Source of the DNA: Pseudonocardiaceae bacterium
Lineage (GTDB): Bacteria; Actinomycetota; Actinomycetes; Mycobacteriales; Pseudonocardiaceae
DNA length: 56,681 bases
Direction: 5' to 3'
Assembly: GCA_035275565.1 (NCBI GenBank)
Contig: DATEMN010000001.1
Coordinates: 1 to 56,681 of the forward strand
The stretch's first letter is position 1; each line of letters opens with the position of its first letter. The translations under genes and the position numbers were made by a program. Under the pieces are notes generated by a model. The model was not told the DNA's origin. It did not search any database and saw only the letters and a program-made list of their open reading frames with translations. Shown here in pieces: positions 53,840-56,681 of this stretch.

Positions 53840-54706
53840 GTGCATAACCACGTCAACGGGCTGAAGACTGCGCTGCTGCTCGGCGGGCTGTCGGCGCTGG
53901 TCGTGCTGATCGGGTCGTTCTTCGGCAGCACCGGAGTGCTCATCGCATTGGTACTCGTGGTCGGGATGAACGCCTACGCCTACTTCAACTCGGACAAGTT
54001 GGCCCTGCGAGCCATGCACGCGCGGCCGGTGTCCGAGCCTGAGCAACCCACGATGTATCGGATCGTGCGGGAGCTGGCTACTGACGCACGCCAGCCGATG
54101 CCGCGGCTGTACGTCAGTCCCACCCAGGCCCCCAACGCCTTCGCTACCGGCCGCAATCCGCGCCACGCGGCGGTGTGTTGCACCGTCGGGATCCTCGAAC
54201 TGCTGGATGAGCGCGAACTGCGCGGGGTGCTCGGTCATGAGCTGTCGCACGTCTATAACCGGGACATCCTGATCTCGTCGGTGGCCGGGGCGCTGGCCGG
54301 TATGGTGTCGGCGTTGTCGAACCTGGCGATGTTCGCGGGGATCTTCGGTGGTGGTGGCGACGATCGTCCGAACCCGGTCGCCATGATCCTCATCGCGTTG
54401 CTCGGTCCGATCGCGGCGGGCATCGTGCAGATGGCGGTGAGCCGATCGCGGGAGTACCAGGCCGACGCCTCCGGTGCGCAGCTCACCGGTGACCCGCTGG
54501 CGCTGGCCAGTGCACTGCGCAAGCTGGAGTACGGCACCCGGGCGGCGCCGCTTCGTCCGGAGCCAGCGCTGGCCTCGCAGTCCCACCTCATGATTGCCAA
54601 CCCGTTCCGGCCGGGTGACGGTGCCGCCCGGTTGTTCTCCACCCACCCACCGATCGCGGAACGGGTGCACCGCCTCGAGGAGATGGCTCGGCACCAACTG
54701 CCCTGA
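53840..54706 (+). CDS. htpX: Zinc metalloprotease HtpX (M48 family)
   Basis: [17 protein letters not shown]...; [10 protein letters not shown] (HExxH). An RBS gggagg lies ~10 nt before GTG 53840. Confidence 0.9.
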   Translation: MHNHVNGLKTALLLGGLSALVVLIGSFFGSTGVLIALVLVVGMNAYAYFNSDKLALRAMHARPVSEPEQPTMYRIVRELATDARQPMPRLYVSPTQAPNAFATGRNPRHAAVCCTVGILELLDERELRGVLGHELSHVYNRDILISSVAGALAGMVSALSNLAMFAGIFGGGGDDRPNPVAMILIALLGPIAAGIVQMAVSRSREYQADASGAQLTGDPLALASALRKLEYGTRAAPLRPEPALASQSHLMIANPFRPGDGAARLFSTHPPIAERVHRLEEMARHQLP

Positions 54707-54708
54707 CG

Positions 54709-55581
54709 TCAGCGCGCGGAGCGGGCGACCTCCATGACGTACTGGCCGTAGCTGGACTTCGCCAGCGCCTGGCCCAGGGCAAAGCACGCTTCGGCGTCGA
54801 TGAAACCCATCCGCAGAGCGATCTCCTCCAAGCAGGCGATCCGCACGCCCTGGCGGTGCTCGAGTACCTGGACGAACTGACCGGCCTCCAGCAGTGACTC
54901 GTGGGTTCCGGTGTCCAGCCAGGCGAACCCGCGGCCCAGGTCGATCATCGTCGCCCGGCCTTCCTGTAGGTAGTGCAGGTTCACGTCGGTAATCTCCAAC
55001 TCGCCGCGGGTGGAGGGGGCGAGCGAGCGAGCGACCTTGACGACGTCGTTGTCGTAGAAGTACAAACCGGTGATCGCCCGGTTCGAGCGGGGCGCCGCCG
55101 GCTTCTCCTCAATGGAGATCAATTTGCCGGTGCCGTCGACCTCGCCGACCCCGTAGCGCTGCGGATCCTTGACCGGGTACCCGAACAGCACACAGCCGTC
55201 CACGGTGGCCACACATCGTTGGAGCGTGGTGGAGAAGCCGTGGCCGTAGAAGATGTTGTCGCCCAAAACGAGGGCTACCGGGTCGTCGGCGATGAAGTCC
55301 GCGCCGATCACGAATGCCTCGGCCAAGCCATTGGGCTGGGGCTGTTCGGCGTAGCTCAGCCGCAGCCCCAGCGTGGCGCCGTCCCCGAGCAGGCGGCGAA
55401 ACAGCGGCAGGTCCACCGGGGTGGAGATGATCAGGATCTCCCGGATCCCGGCCAGCATGAGCACCGAGAGCGGGTAGTACACCATCGGCTTGTCGTACAC
55501 CGGCAGCAGCTGCTTGGATACAGCTTGAGTGATTGGATGCAGCCGGGTGCCGCTGCCGCCGGCGAGGACGATCCCCCTCAC
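54709..55581 (-). CDS. rmlA: Glucose-1-phosphate thymidylyltransferase
   Basis: [39 protein letters not shown].... The GTG start overlaps the yajQ stop. Confidence 0.9.
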   Translation of the reverse strand: MRGIVLAGGSGTRLHPITQAVSKQLLPVYDKPMVYYPLSVLMLAGIREILIISTPVDLPLFRRLLGDGATLGLRLSYAEQPQPNGLAEAFVIGADFIADDPVALVLGDNIFYGHGFSTTLQRCVATVDGCVLFGYPVKDPQRYGVGEVDGTGKLISIEEKPAAPRSNRAITGLYFYDNDVVKVARSLAPSTRGELEITDVNLHYLQEGRATMIDLGRGFAWLDTGTHESLLEAGQFVQVLEHRQGVRIACLEEIALRMGFIDAEACFALGQALAKSSYGQYVMEVARSAR

Positions 55582-56069
55582 CGGTAGTTGGTGAACTGCA
55601 AGGCGACGCCGAAGTCGCGGCCCTTCAACAGGGCGATGACGGCTTGCAGGTCATCTTTCTTCTTGCCCGAGACACGGAGCTGATCGCCCTGGATCTGGGC
55701 CTGGACACCCTTGAGCTTCTCGTCGCGTACCGCCTTGGCGATCTCCTTGGCTTTGTCCTGGCTGATGCCCTGCAGGATGCGTCCGGTGGTCCGGTAGACC
55801 TTGCCCGAGACGGCTGGCTCGTCCACCTCGAAGGACTTCAGCGAGATGCCCCGCTTGACCAGCTTGCCCTGCACCACGTCGACGGCGGCGCGGCACCGCT
55901 CCTCGGTCTCGGCCTCGATAGTCATCGCCTCCTCACCGGCCCAGGTCACCTTCGCGCCGGTACCTCGGAAGTCGAACCGGGTCGACAGTTCCTTGGCCGC
56001 CTGGTTGAGCGCGTTGTCCACCTCCTGCCGGTCGACCTTGCTGACCACATCGAACGACGGATCCGCCAC
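55578..56069 (-). CDS. yajQ: YajQ family nucleotide (c-di-GMP)-binding protein (UPF0234)
   Basis: [37 protein letters not shown]...[12 protein letters not shown].... The start is taken at GTG 56069, because the track's longer ORF (to 56225) would run through the tRNA gene. Confidence 0.85.
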   Translation of the reverse strand: MADPSFDVVSKVDRQEVDNALNQAAKELSTRFDFRGTGAKVTWAGEEAMTIEAETEERCRAAVDVVQGKLVKRGISLKSFEVDEPAVSGKVYRTTGRILQGISQDKAKEIAKAVRDEKLKGVQAQIQGDQLRVSGKKKDDLQAVIALLKGRDFGVALQFTNYR

Positions 56070-56164
56070 CGCATCCTCCTCCTGTTCCAGCTGGGTGCCG
56101 ACCTTACTCGCCAGGCCCGCATCACCCTGTGTATCGTTGCGCACGGCCGGCGCAACCGGCCCCA

Positions 56165-56247
56165 GGCGGGTTGCCCGAGCGGCCAATGGGAGCGGACTGT
56201 AAATCCGTCGGCTGATGCCTTCCAAGGTTCGAATCCTTGACCCGCCA
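56165..56247 (+). tRNA. tRNA-Tyr (anticodon GTA), class II with a long variable arm; CCA not fully encoded
   Basis: GGCGGGTTGCCCGAGCGGCCAATGGGAGCGGACTGTAAATCCGTCGGCTGATGCCTTCCAAGGTTCGAATCCTTGACCCGCCA. It has a 7-bp acceptor stem, anticodon loop CUGUAAA and T-loop GGTTCGAATCC, and is near-identical in layout to E. coli tRNA-Tyr. Confidence 0.85.
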
Positions 56248-56681
56248 CCCAGCAGGAACGGCTCCTGACCAGCGGAAACATGGTTGGGGTCCGGGTTTCG
56301 TCGTGTCCGGTGTTGTCCGATCGTGCCCGGCTGTCTACGGCTAGTCGCGCCCTATACGCGCCCTAGCGCCCGGCCCATGAGGCGACTGCTGGATTTTGTG
56401 GCTGTCTGGGCGGCGGTTCCGGCTGCGTCCGGCTTACAGGTCAGCTCGTCCGCCCTACGGTTTGCCACCGGCGCCAACGGGCCGAAGCGGCGGGGTTGAC
56501 TTGGAGGAACGCTCTCGTTACTTCTCCACGTTTCTCAGTACTTCTCGACGTTCGACAGCCCAGCGACGGCCCGAGTATCGATCTTGCACGCCGGGAGTCG
56601 TGTGGCGCACTCGACGGGATGCTACACGCTGCCCACCCGCCGCAGTTGCTCTTGCGGCTGGCCATCCCGAGACCTGCTCGC

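Noticed and set aside
56070-56225. N-terminal extension of the YajQ ORF
   Set aside because: It would run through the tRNA-Tyr gene. YajQ proteins are ~163 aa and begin at ...[11 protein letters not shown].
1-56681. CRISPR arrays, rRNA genes, transposases, integrases or prophage genes
   Set aside because: I saw no regularly spaced repeat-spacer array; the only tandem repeats are 12-18 bp with 2-4 units. I also saw no rRNA-like sequence and no ORF with transposase or integrase motifs.

Overview
This is a high-GC, actinobacterial-type chromosomal window with about 50 protein genes and one tRNA. I could not compute GC content or run any searches; everything below comes from reading the ORF track and the DNA by eye.

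Backbone genes:
- Menaquinone genes: menE, menD, menB, an isochorismate synthase, and further right a polyprenyl-PP synthase.
- Sulfate activation and sulfation genes: cysQ, cysD, cysN::cysC, a sulfotransferase and an arylsulfatase.
- Central metabolism and respiration: sucCD, purNH, nuoLMN.
- Right end: htpX, rmlA, yajQ, tRNA-Tyr.

Most interesting locus: a compact three-gene operon at 3991..6202.
- It encodes a small ubiquitin-like protein, a UBC-like E2, and a JAMM-protease::E1 (ThiF-type) fusion.
- The genes are translationally coupled.
- It sits in a visibly AT-richer, partly degraded island (about 1.1-6.2 kb) next to a dead DNA methyltransferase.
- I read it as a bacterial ubiquitination-like conjugation system and a probable defence module.

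Other notable points:
- A dispersed palindromic intergenic repeat family (core ATTCGGAGCCGAAT) has at least 9 copies. Two clusters bracket a 15-kb block of sulfation, shikimate and haloperoxidase-like genes.
- An isochorismate synthase, a vanadium-haloperoxidase-like protein and a double CoA-transferase form one operon.
- A MerE-like membrane protein sits with an unannotated 27-codon upstream ORF and a two-component system.
- An M14 carboxypeptidase module is flanked by 67-bp direct repeats derived from Uma2 gene ends.
- nuoLMN has no nuoA-K upstream.
- There are several pseudogenes.
- A perfect 17-bp inverted repeat lies at the purN start.

Many long ORFs in the track are antisense or overlapping artefacts of high GC and were rejected.
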